A stretch of DNA of 64,000 nt from a virus. Where the stretch lies: IMG/VR virus record IMGVR_UViG_3300050343_000177, positions 1 through 64,000 of that record. One strand, written 5' to 3'. This document shows positions 43,137 to 54,149 of the stretch, piece by piece (within the stretch, counting starts at the first letter, position 1; every line of letters starts with the position of its first letter). A program made the position numbers and the translations under genes. Under the pieces are notes generated by a model. It was not told where the DNA came from. It saw nothing but the letters and a program-made list of their open reading frames with translations, and made no database searches.

Positions 43137-43970
43137 CTCCTTGGTTCGTAGTCACTTTACTTGTGTCATTACAGAGGTATTTACCCTAGTTCCTTTTACA
43201 CGTTCCACTAATGTTCGCCACTTCGTGGCTCACGGCTGCGCGGTGTTGATTGTTATGCAGCAGTGAGTATCTCTTGATTCTCTCTGGTGTTATCTCTGCC
43301 TACCCAGTGGCCTCCCAACAGCCAGCAGCCTTGGGGCTCAGCCGCCCCTTTATTCGAGAGTGTTCTTTATTTGAATTAATGAGATGTTTACTTTAGTAGA
43401 TCTTTCTACAATGACTGAATTTGAAACCTTTCCATCATATTACTTAGCTAATCGCAAGTTAACTATGTTAGTAAGAAAACACAGTTTCTAGAAGTCGTTA
43501 CCTCATATGGCATGAGTGACAATTATTCCCCCTCACGGGGGTTTATTTCTCTGTGCTCTATACATTAATTCTTATGTTATTCGGTGCTGTACTTTTCTCC
43601 TTGAGTTATCTCACAGGTCGCTCTCTCGCTGAGCGTAAGTATATCCGTACTCTTACACAGAAGGGAAGTTACCAAACACCTGGTGCTTTCCTTTCGTTAC
43701 TTAAGTAACATCTATGGCCCCTAACGGGGCCTGTATTTCATTGTGTTCTTTATATCTGTTCTGTGTTTCGTTGTCGTTCTGTCTTTGCTGAATCCCCTTT
43801 GGGTTCTCCTGGCGTTTGTGCTTCCCGCGTTGCTATGCCTTTGCTGCCTGTGGTCTTTGCCTTCTGGTGGCTTCGGCTTGCTCCGCGTGGTTGCGCTGTC
43901 TTTGTTGTCTGATCCCTCTCCCCCGCAAAGCGGGGGTTTATTTCATTGTGTTCTTTATCTGATTTCTCAG

Positions 43971-44382
43971 ATGGGTATTGACTTCCGCGCTTGTCTCTAT
44001 GTTGCGAATCCTTCTCAGGACGAGCCAACCGTTATCCCACTTGCCTATCTAGGCAACGGCGATATCAAGCGTGCCATGTACGACCTGCTCACCAAAGATG
44101 AGGACGGTTTCCCCCACTCCCGGTGGATCTATTCCAATCGATGAGGGCACTCCTGCATTCGAAGCACTCGATAGTCTACTTTTCGATGTAGACGTTGATC
44201 TTGAAATCCTTAAGAATCGGCTTGAGGATGCTGAAAGTGACCGTGATGATGATAAGTGGCACCGAATCTACCAAGATTTTAGGGGCACCAAAGATCATTA
44301 CGACGTGTTGAACGACACTGTCAATGCCATCAAAGCTTCTTCCGGTAATCCTTCCATTACCTGTGAAATTGGTTGGTGGTAA
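43971..44382 (+). CDS. Early hypothetical protein (frameshifted)
   Basis: MGIDFRACLY.. joins ..CEIGWW*; lies between two hairpin elements. Confidence 0.55.
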
Positions 44383-44848
44383 CACTTATGGCCCCTAACG
44401 GGGCCTTTATTTCATTGTGATCTTTATTTATTAATCAAATGGCTTATTTCTGGTATGCAATCATTGATACTGACATCACTGAGTATTCCCATGTTTTAGC
44501 TGGACCGATGCCTGCCCTTTATTGGGCTGTGACTCGTGGTCCTGCTGCAATGCCCTATATTTCCTTTGATGATGATGATGATGAGTAACAACTATGGCCC
44601 CTAACGGGGCCTTTATTTCATTGTGTTCTTTACTTCAATTACACATGAAGTCACGTACTAATTCTGACCTCAAAGTTATTACACTTCGTCAGACGATCAA
44701 GGCTTCCCTCAAGAATGCAGCTTCAGTTGCTTTCTTTGACCCAGCTGCAGATCCTCGTCACGTAGCAGCCCTGCTTGCTAACGCTAGTTAATAACTATTC
44801 CCCCCCTCCGGGGGGTTTATTTCACTGTGATCTATATCTATCAAGCAG

Positions 44849-45076
44849 ATGATTAAGCCCTTTAGTGCTATCTTCTTTGGTGCTACTCTCGGTTTCATGT
44901 CACTTATTCCTTTACAAGCTCTGACTAACAGTCACGCTAAGGCTAAGTGTTCCGATAACGCTGATACTCACACTCTTGTATCTGTACGCGCCTTCGCAGG
45001 CGATGCAGATTACTGTGTGGCTAACAAGTATCTCACTCCTGATCGTATTGCTACTCACTACGGTCCTGGTTACTAA
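44849..45076 (+). CDS. Early small protein with signal/TM segment
   Basis: Fills one cassette. Confidence 0.6.
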   Translation: MIKPFSAIFFGATLGFMSLIPLQALTNSHAKAKCSDNADTHTLVSVRAFAGDADYCVANKYLTPDRIATHYGPGY

Positions 45077-45662
45077 CATCTATTCCCTCCTCACGAGGGT
45101 TTTTTCCTTTGTGTTCTTTACTTCATCAACGATGCAAGTACAACACAACTCTCACGAAGAAGTGCCGCTTCGGTATCTCTGAGTGGACATTCGGTCAATT
45201 ATCTTCTGGTTGGCTAGCTGCAATTGGTCCTCGTGGTAAGAAGATCTTCTTCGCCAACCTTGAGCAGATGGATGCTTGTACATCTAAGTTCATCAATGAC
45301 TATCACTATAAGAAGCAATCAACTGAACTGGTTCAACAGTTAAGTCTTGCTATCTAACAGCCCTATGGCCCCTAACGGGCCTTTATTTCATTGTGTTCTT
45401 TATCTGTTCATCAGATGACACTTCAACAATCTATCCTCACTGGTGCATGTGTTGGAGCTATTGCTTCCATCCTTCTGTTTTTTACAGTTGATGCCTATCA
45501 CACATTCATCATGTGGCAATTTACTCACCTCTGGTATCTGCTCCCATGTGCATTCATTGGTGCTCGCAGTTGCTTATGTAACTGACTAACAGACTATGCC
45601 CCCTACCGGGGGCTTTAGGTCGGTGTGCCCTATTCAGGGTTGTTCATTTACTTGTGTATTTC

Positions 45663-45935
45663 ATGCGTTTCAAAATCCCTGGTCAAGACGTCTCTGTCCG
45701 TCTATTCGAGCGTGTATCAACTACTGACTCTCAGTACGACATCTTTGATGTTGGTCTTGAGCAAGCTGACGGTTCTATCGACTCTATGGTCGTTGGTGGT
45801 TCTTTCTCTTACGCTAAGTCTCTTGTCAAAGCTATGGACAAGAAGGCTGAAGAGAAGAAGACTCCTGTCCCTGTCACTGTCCTCAATACTGATACATCTC
45901 CTGAACCTGTATCAGCTGAACCTGCAGCTGCCTAA
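45663..45935 (+). CDS. Early hypothetical protein
   Basis: MRFKIPGQ..; fills one cassette. Confidence 0.6.
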   Translation: MRFKIPGQDVSVRLFERVSTTDSQYDIFDVGLEQADGSIDSMVVGGSFSYAKSLVKAMDKKAEEKKTPVPVTVLNTDTSPEPVSAEPAAA

Positions 45936-45965
45936 TACTCTCTCCCCCCTCACGGGGGGGGTTTT

Positions 45966-46326
45966 TTACTGTGGATTATTGCCCATGACTGGTGTTTGTG
46001 ATGCCAAATCGTACAAAGCACCAATACCGGAACTCACTCCTATTAAACCTGCGGCTGGTACGCCGTACCTGACTCCAGCATTAACTGCTGGTACTCCATA
46101 ATCCCATTAAGGCTCGGAGTATGTCATTCTCCTCCTCTACCGCAAACTTCCGTGTTGCTGGTGCCCCAGCTACTAAGCCTGCTGCTGCTTGGACACCTTG
46201 TCCCATGCTTGCTTGCTTTGGCTTAAACCCACTGATGTATTCAGCTAATTTACTAGCGTATGCATCATCGAAGTTTCTTACCTTCTGTCCTGCCATTCGC
46301 AGGCTATCCATAATTTGCTTACGCAT
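45966..46326 (-). CDS. Late-type RMAG protein lying antisense within the early array (frameshifted)
   Basis: MRKQIMDSLRMAGQ..; continues YGVPA..MGNNPQ*; TACAAT-like -10 box upstream. Confidence 0.55.
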
Positions 46327-46421
46327 TACTTACATAACTAGTAGTATATTTATTGTACTAAGAATAACAATTCCCCTCTATCGAGGGGTTTGAATCATTG
46401 TGTTCATCATTTATATCTTCA

Positions 46422-46793
46422 ATGACTACATCAACTCCTGAAACCACCTCTACTGAAACTCTTGAGTACCTGGCTAAGGTTCAACAAGTGAAGGACCTCC
46501 AGACTGCTCGCTGTCGTGGATGGGCTTACTTCCTTGGTGCTTACTTCACTGGTCCTATTTGGCCTGGTGTAGTTGCTAACCGTACTGGCGAATGGACACC
46601 CTTCTGGGTTGGACTTGGCCTCGGTGTTGTCTCCTTACCTTTCGCATTCCTTGACTTAGGTATCATTAGTTCTTTACCAGCCGCTGGCGTTGGTACAGCA
46701 ATGATGGCTTCCAAGTCTAAGGATAAGCGTCGGTTACTCAACATCGTTAGTCCTGAACAGGCTGACGTAAAGCTCTTCAGTTCCGGTTTCTGA
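46422..46793 (+). CDS. Early membrane protein
   Basis: Hydrophobic segments; fills one cassette. Confidence 0.6.
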   Translation: MTTSTPETTSTETLEYLAKVQQVKDLQTARCRGWAYFLGAYFTGPIWPGVVANRTGEWTPFWVGLGLGVVSLPFAFLDLGIISSLPAAGVGTAMMASKSKDKRRLLNIVSPEQADVKLFSSGF

Positions 46794-47328
46794 TCCCTCT
46801 ATTCCCCCCTTATCAGGGGGTATTTCCCTTTGTGCCTTTCTTAAGTGCACAATGCCTTACTACTCCACTCGTAATATCGCCATTGTTGATCATGAGATCA
46901 ATGTGGATGATATGACTCCCATGCACTATGAGTACGAATCCTATGAGGCTCGTGATCGTGGTGACTTCGATGAACTCTTAGAGCTTCTTGGCTTCTAAGT
47001 ACCCTCCCCTGTCCTACCGGATGGGGGTTATTCGTCGTGCGATTCGCGTAGGTCTTAAAAGGCCGCCCGCAAAAATCGCGTAAATAGTTAATATCTAAAT
47101 AAGGGCCTATATATAAAGAAGCCGTGCATACTTTATCCCTAAACATACTAATAGCTCTGTCTATCGTCTTACCTCTACCTACACAAGCTACTCCTCGTTA
47201 TGACGAGCTGATGTGTGAAGAGGTAGCTGAAGCTGTTAATGAGAGTGTTCTCTGGGGCACTCTTACACAAGCAGAAGCTGACGATATATCAGATCAGCTG
47301 CTATGAACTCTATCACCTAATTACATCC

Positions 47329-47849
47329 ATGAAACTATTCCGCAATCTATGGCTGCTGCCGCTAGTGGCCGCTGTTTCTATGTCCACTCCCTGCACTCGC
47401 TAAAGTCGATGCTGGTACTGTCAATCTTCTAGAAACTCTAGATGATTACGGTATAACTGTTGAATACAATCTGCTCACTGGTTCTAGCGACGGTTATGCA
47501 AGGTAGGTATACCACTAAGACAAGTTGATGTCTATCTGTTATAAAGGTCAACCTGATGCATTCGAAACGCATGACACTGTTCGCCATGAAACGATGCATG
47601 TGCTTACAACATTGTGCAGCTCTACGTCGTGGTGATCCACGTGGTATCGTTCCACTAGCTATCAATCCTACTGAACGTCAATCAGTGGGTATCACAAGTT
47701 CTTGCGATCTGGTCATATTAATCGAGATCAAAGAGTAACTTTATCCTGCTCGAAAGCTCATCAGATTGAACTAGAAGCATTTGCAGGCGCAGCTCACTAT
47801 TCAGCTGATGAATTAGCTAGCTTAGTCAAATCTTGGTGTACCAAAGTAA
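47329..47849 (+). CDS. Possible HExxH metallopeptidase-like protein (heavily frameshifted)
   Basis: Signal-like N-terminus, DTVRHETMHVLQHC, ELEAF. Confidence 0.4.
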
Positions 47850-50847
47850 TACATTAATAAGACCCCTACATAAAGAAGCAGTCCTACTATTCTCCTCTAA
47901 CAAATTATGAAAATCTCTACTCTCGGCGCTCGTTCTCTCTGCCGCCTCTGTTTTACCTGTCTCTGCAGGCATTCATGACTTCAATCCTACTAACGCTGCT
48001 CCTGTTCCTACAAGAACTAAAGCACAAGTAGGTCAAGGTCAATGTGTCAGCTACTCGTGACGGCAGCAAGCTTTGCTATCATCAAAACTGCTGCCTCTAG
48101 TAATTCTCTATCTGCGATCCTCGATGTTGATTATCCTAATGCTACCTCAAGTTGCTCACATTGACTGCAGTACAGGACGCTGGGGTGCCTTCGGTGACCT
48201 CCCTAAGGCAACACTCTCGAACTGGTATTTAGGTCAATTCTGTCCTCACTTATGGTTGATACATTAATGCCCCCTATCGGGGCTTTTGTCAATTCGTGTT
48301 CATTCATATATCTAACTATGAACTTTACCTCTGGATCCCGATCAGAAGCTGTTGGTACACCCGAATACGAAGAGATCTTCCAAGAACAACTATGACAGGC
48401 GACGTATGTTGCTTGACATGATCGAAGAAGATCGTATGTATTCACAGCTTCAGTACCCCTACCGTGCATTCTCAAACTAAGTATGACTGTACTTATGACT
48501 CAGCAAACACTATCCTGTCCTTGCAGTGATCGGTTCGCTAGGTATCCTCTCAACCGGTGTCATCCTTACGTACTCCTTCGCTCGTAAGGAATCGTATGGT
48601 AACCGTAGATACCAATAATAGAACCTCTTGCCCCCTATCGGGGGCTTTTTTCAATTGTGTCCTTTAGATATTTCTAATGACTACATAGCTTCTTCTTCTA
48701 ATAAAGAAGCACTTGCTTTCCCTCCAGCTCAAGTCATTCCTGACAGGTATTATGTTTGTCAAGACTCCATTGACTGGAAACTGCAACTTGAACGCGCACG
48801 TGACGGCTGGAATTACATAACGTCGGTCTCGTTATTGCTCTTATAGGTGAAAAGTTACACGATGCTGGCCGTTGGTTAGCAGAAGTTTGATCAATGATCT
48901 ACTTCCTTTGTGTAACGATCTTCATCTATGGCTGATGTTTGATCTCAACTAACAACACTTGCCCCCGATTGGGGGCTTTTTTTCGATCTGTGTTCTTTAG
49001 TCTATATCACATGACTCAATCGTGTATCCCTGATTCAATCTCTATGTCTGACCTTGAGTCATTCGCTAAGAAGGCTGTAACTCCAGTTGAAGAAGCCTCT
49101 TTACGATGGTCTCACTGCAACTGAAGTTCAAGAGCTTGCTATGGAAACTCTCCGTGGCATGACTCGTAAGTGCAAAGACCCTATGGTCGAAAAATGCATG
49201 ATGCTTGCTATGGCAATGTCATGGGTTAAATGGCACACAGATCTCGCTCAAGAGATTATGCCTGCTACTGCTGACTCTGACACAAGATGAAGCAGCTACT
49301 GAGTTTGCTACCTGTCTCCTACGTGATGCTGGTAAAGCTCAAGCTATCTATACCCTTGTTCATGACATCAGCATGGACAATGACTTCATCTTAGGTCTGA
49401 TCAGACTCTGAGTAACAACATTACCCCCTATCGGGGGTTTTGTTTCTCTTGTGTTCTTTAGTGCACATTCTTGTGCACCCAACACTCTGTCAAGCGGATC
49501 TTCAAGAGTATAAACGCCGAGCTCGCGTGTGACACCGCACCGCACGTAAACCTGTCAAACACTGCAAAGTTATCTACAGACTTTCATGCCGAGTAACATG
49601 GCAATCTGTGTAGCGACTTACATTCCATATTAACCTTTGCTTGAATCACTTTCATGGCTAACACTGTTTCTTTTGGGGTTATCGGTTCTACCGGTACTCA
49701 GTCCAGGCCAGCAACTAAGTGCTCCCAATCCCACAATTGTTCATTCAACTGTGGTTGGTAGGAGATCTTTTGGTCAACTTAAGTCACACAAGCCTAATCC
49801 GCTGAGGTATTTCACCTCGTGACTCGTCGCAGGTCTTCTGCTGCATAACATCTAATTCCTCACCTAACGGTGGGATTTTTTTGGTTGCACTTTGCATCTT
49901 TTGCATGGCCTCCTACGGCTCTCTATCTTCGCAAACAAACGCAACGCAATCTTTTCAAAGCGCTGAGTTTGACACTAGACACAGAATTATTACAGCGGGT
50001 TCTACTCGTAAAGAAATCAAAGAGCAGTTTGAACATGCTCTAAAAACGTACACGTTCTTCTGCAAACTCGTCTAACAATATAGATGAGTTCTACGCAATT
50101 AATTTTCACGATGGATGTAGTTACTTAAAACCAGGGTATTCTAATGATGTATTTGAACGAGTCTCTACATTGATTTCTCGACATGATAATTACAAACTCA
50201 TCAAAGAAGTCACTGTTTTGCAAATGACTTCGTTAAATATGGATGCTAAGAGTCTTGAAAAAGTATCTAAGCAAATTCTTCGTCCATTGCTAGCCAATGA
50301 CTATGGCTATCGTGACGCTTTTAACGACGACCACCTCGTTACTATGCCAATAACTGAATTTTACTTTGGAAATTCAGATGTTTTATTTGATAACAGAATC
50401 TTTCATGATTTAATTGTTAAAACATACATCTGGACCAAAAGTATTAGTTTTTAATCAATAACATCCATTGCCCCCTAACGGGGGCTTTCTTTCAGTGTGT
50501 TCATCATCAATCGATGGACGTATGTTGTATATATACAAAAACATGAACGCTGCAAATATCCTTGACCGTTCCAGAAAAGATTTTACTGACGCTTTACCCG
50601 TACACGCTCTAACTTCTCCTCTCACGAAACTCAAATGGCTTATCAATCAATGCTTCCTATTGCCAAGCAACTCAAGGAAGAATCAGGTACTCGGTTCTCC
50701 GTTAAGTATCTGATCAAGGTTTATCAAACACCTCAAGCCCTTCAGCACAAGCTGACCTGGGTTCGTGGTTGTAAAGCCTCTGTTGGATGACATCAATTGC
50801 CCCCTATATGGGGGCTTTTTTCATCTGTGTCCATTATTAATAATTAA

Positions 50848-51132
50848 ATGTCTAACACGAACTTCAACGCTGTTCTCTTCAACGGCAACAACAGTAATCC
50901 TAGAGCTCCTCAGCTTTCTGGATTTGTATCAATCCCTGTATCACAAGTTGATCAAGTGATTGCACTATTGCAAGCACAGCGTCGTTTTTCTGACAACGGT
51001 GTTGAAACTGTGCGTCTTCCTCTGTCCTTCTGGCAAGCACAAGGAAAGGCACCGCTTGCTTATAAGGGCCAAAGTTCATTCTGGACTGGCACTTCCGTTC
51101 CTGCAGTAGACCCAACTCCAGCTGTCGCTTGA
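50848..51132 (+). CDS. DUF736-like small protein
   Basis: LF.....NPRAPQLSG.V....LSFW. Confidence 0.4.
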   Translation: MSNTNFNAVLFNGNNSNPRAPQLSGFVSIPVSQVDQVIALLQAQRRFSDNGVETVRLPLSFWQAQGKAPLAYKGQSSFWTGTSVPAVDPTPAVA

Positions 51133-51196
51133 GTCTTTTCCCTCCTAACGGAGGGATTTTTTCTTATCCTTAAGTAAACAACAGCCGTATCAGACA

Positions 51197-51472
51197 ATGC
51201 CTACTACAGCTCCAACTAAAACTAAAACTATCCCTACTGTCACACCTGATTCATATGAGTGGCACACCTGTGCTGACGGCCAGTATCGCGTAGTTCAAAC
51301 TCGATTTGGTCTATACAAAAGTGTTGACAAGCTAAATAATGATCTCATTACTGGATTAACTGAAGAAGCAATTCACAATTGCACTCCTCTGCATTTACTG
51401 GCACAGCAGCCTGACTATGACAAACGTTACGATACCGTTATAGGTAAAGCTACTGTGACACCTGACTTATGA
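51197..51472 (+). CDS. Hypothetical protein, paralog 1
   Basis: Highly similar to 51865-52140. Confidence 0.7.
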   Translation: MPTTAPTKTKTIPTVTPDSYEWHTCADGQYRVVQTRFGLYKSVDKLNNDLITGLTEEAIHNCTPLHLLAQQPDYDKRYDTVIGKATVTPDL

Positions 51473-51864
51473 ATCCAGAAAAACAATTAAAGAAACTAGC
51501 GAAAACTTACAAGGTATCGATGCAGTTCACTTGAGAACTAACGATGCCTACTGGAATCAGCACCCTGAAAAAGTATATAAAGTCCAGCGTTAACTAATAT
51601 TAACATTGTAAAACTTCGAACTTGGAAATGACTCAATCAACTACTTGGGAACAGTTTATCTACGGGATTGTTAACTTTGGAGACTGTTGGTACGCTCGTT
51701 TTGATACGGAAAACTGTTGTCGTGAAGATTTCTGGGAATGGTTATCAACAGGATATTATAGCATGTATGTCTATCCTTATCCAGATAACGATCCTTGGAA
51801 TTTAGCCGGTCGCGATCCTATGGAATCTGTATACAAAAAATGAATTAACACAGGAGAACAACTC

Positions 51865-52140
51865 ATGACAACTGCTACAAAGACTAAAAAGAAAGATATT
51901 CTCACTGTTTCTACTGATAACTATGCCTGGTTCACTTGTGAACACGGCTCCTACCGTGTCGTCGAGACACGCTTTGGCTTATACAAAAGTATTGATAAGC
52001 AAGGCAACGACCTTATCACTGGCTTAACTGAGCAAGCAATTCACGACTGTACTCCCTTACATTTATTGGCACAGCAGCCTGATTACGATGGAAAATATGA
52101 CACCGTTATCGGTTCTGCATCCGTAACTCCTGACCTATGA
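51865..52140 (+). CDS. Hypothetical protein, paralog 2
   Basis: Shares TRFGLYKS and NDLITGLTE.AIH.CTPLHLLAQQPDYD. Confidence 0.7.
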   Translation: MTTATKTKKKDILTVSTDNYAWFTCEHGSYRVVETRFGLYKSIDKQGNDLITGLTEQAIHDCTPLHLLAQQPDYDGKYDTVIGSASVTPDL

Positions 52141-52881
52141 ATGAACATAAACAATTGAAAAAGCTTGCGAAAACTTACGCTAAAGCTGACTCCTGTGTTG
52201 ATAGAGACACCGCTCAGAAGCTTATTAAAAAAGCTACAAAAATCAGAGCTAAATTAGAAAAGTAATTGATATATTAACAGTGCATACCACAACAATTCTT
52301 TCCCTTTTCTCTGGCTTTTGTGTCGGCTCTATAGCCGCTGCTCTAATCCTTCATTGATACTGTATGAACATAAATATTTCTCTATCTATAGAAGACTACA
52401 CGATTCTCATTAATGCTCTTCACTACTACAAGAAAGCAGAGAAGCGCGGCAACTTTCAACAATATGACACTGACCGTATCAATCAACTAAGAGACCATAT
52501 GGCCTCACAGTTTATGAGTGGCTTCAGTTAAACAGCCCTTCCGCCCTATCGGGCGGTTTAGTCGCTTGTGTTCTCTATATTTCCTATGGAACAATCTTAT
52601 TGCCTCATCTCATCGTTCAACCTCGAACGTATTGATGAAATGCTCGTTCGTGCTATCAACATCTGTGGTAGCCCTCGTCCATTCTCTGAAACTACTGAAG
52701 AGGATGACTGCACTGCCTCATATGCAGGAGCTTATGGTTACTCCTATCAGACACTGAAAAGTATCAAAGAGTATATCGATACGGCTCGACCTTATGACCC
52801 TTCTATCACTGGCGTTCCGTTCTGACTTAAATACACAAGCAGGTCACTACTTATTATTTAAGTAGCTAGACTTGCTTTATT

Positions 52882-52953
52882 GGGGCATTAGTGAAACGGT
52901 TATCACAATAGATTGTCTATCTATTATTAGCAGTTCGAATCTGCTATGCCTCG
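52882..52953 (+). tRNA. tRNA-Asp(GTC)
   Basis: Acceptor GGGGCAT/ATGCCTC, D arm GTGA/TCAC, anticodon arm ATAGA-TTGTCTA-TCTAT, T arm AGCAG-TTCGAAT-CTGCT; TAGACT -10 box upstream; no CCA. Confidence 0.92.
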
Positions 52954-52971
52954 TTATAAGTACTACTGAAT

Positions 52972-53451
52972 ATGACTAATAAACATAACTGGACTGAATT
53001 ATTCGAAAGCTTGCCTGACGAAGAGCTAGATAAACTAGCCATCCTTCGAATTATTGAAACTTCGAATGGAATTATACAATTCGCCTTCCGCGACAAAACA
53101 CCTGACGCTCTGTCTGTTGAAGACACCCGCAAAGCTATGGGATTTAGTATGTCTTCTATCAAACGAATGCAGATTGTTCTCGAAAACGAAACGATTGACT
53201 TTGCTGAACCTACCAAAGACATTATGGCATTGGTTCGCAAATATTATGTAAGCGGTATGAAGCAGGGCTCTGACGAAGATTATGAAGAGTTTCTCCGTTC
53301 TTCTCTTGCCTGCTTACAAGCCGTAGGTATAGAACGTTTGGAACGTGCAAAAGATAAACTCTTTGCGTTTAGCTATGCTATGCCTCCCTATGCATGGGAG
53401 TATGGAATGTCTTACTGCCGTAACTTCTTAAAAGAAGGTTTGCCTACTTAA
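52972..53451 (+). CDS. Conserved-looking hypothetical protein
   Basis: Intact 159-aa ORF. Confidence 0.65.
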   Translation: MTNKHNWTELFESLPDEELDKLAILRIIETSNGIIQFAFRDKTPDALSVEDTRKAMGFSMSSIKRMQIVLENETIDFAEPTKDIMALVRKYYVSGMKQGSDEDYEEFLRSSLACLQAVGIERLERAKDKLFAFSYAMPPYAWEYGMSYCRNFLKEGLPT

Positions 53452-53506
53452 CTGTCATTTAATACTAGATATAATGTCTGTATTAAACATGTAACTTGTT
53501 AATATC

Positions 53507-54118
53507 ATGGGAAGGCGTACTGCACATACTGGACTTAATCGTAATAACGATTTCTACAATAAGTACGGTCAACTTAAGGAGGGCTACAGCTTTACAGGTG
53601 GCAATAATATGGTCGCACGTGGCACTGGTGACGTTAGTGTTCGCTATGGTGCCGGTAAAGATGGTACAAATTATAAAATAGAGCAACGCACTATTTACGG
53701 TAAAGAATCTCAACCTAAAGCTGCTCCTCAAAAAGCACCGGCTCCTGCCCCTAAATCTAAGCCTAAGCCTAAGCCTAAGCCTGAACCTGAACCTATCAAA
53801 CACTCACCTGAGATTCAACAAGCTAAAGCAAGTGTGGCTAAATACAAAAGTGAAATACTTAATGATCAAACATCTAAATCAATGTACGGCAATGATCAAG
53901 ATTTACTAAGTGCTTACACCCAAGACTTTGACGCTCGTAATAGTACTGAAGGAGAGAAGTCTACTCCTAACCTAAACTTAGATTTACCTAATAACGTAGA
54001 CACTACAGATAACAATTACTTCGCTAATGGCACGTTTGACCCTGTCAATAAATCTGACGAAGCAGCACAGAACTTCTTTTCTAACAAAAAGAACCTTGTC
54101 CTAAACAACTTCAGATAA
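53507..54118 (+). CDS. Low-complexity protein with PK/PE repeat
   Basis: Shares HSPEIQQAKA.V.KY..IL with the next gene. Confidence 0.65.
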   Translation: MGRRTAHTGLNRNNDFYNKYGQLKEGYSFTGGNNMVARGTGDVSVRYGAGKDGTNYKIEQRTIYGKESQPKAAPQKAPAPAPKSKPKPKPKPEPEPIKHSPEIQQAKASVAKYKSEILNDQTSKSMYGNDQDLLSAYTQDFDARNSTEGEKSTPNLNLDLPNNVDTTDNNYFANGTFDPVNKSDEAAQNFFSNKKNLVLNNFR

Positions 54119-54149
54119 TTTAGAATAGATATATTCTTGTTATTATCCA

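Noticed and set aside
49856-51165. Hairpins at 49856 and 51139 as members of the RTG array
   Set aside because: TAAC loops, but long T tracts and no RTG at the fixed distance; more likely ordinary terminators
43217-52570. Hairpin repeats as a CRISPR array
   Set aside because: Intervals are 120-450+ bp, uneven and protein-coding; repeats are degenerate; no cas genes
43217-52570. Hairpin repeats as integron attC sites
   Set aside because: No RYYYAAC/GTTRRRY boxes, stems too short, and the integrase is distant with its own tRNA attP
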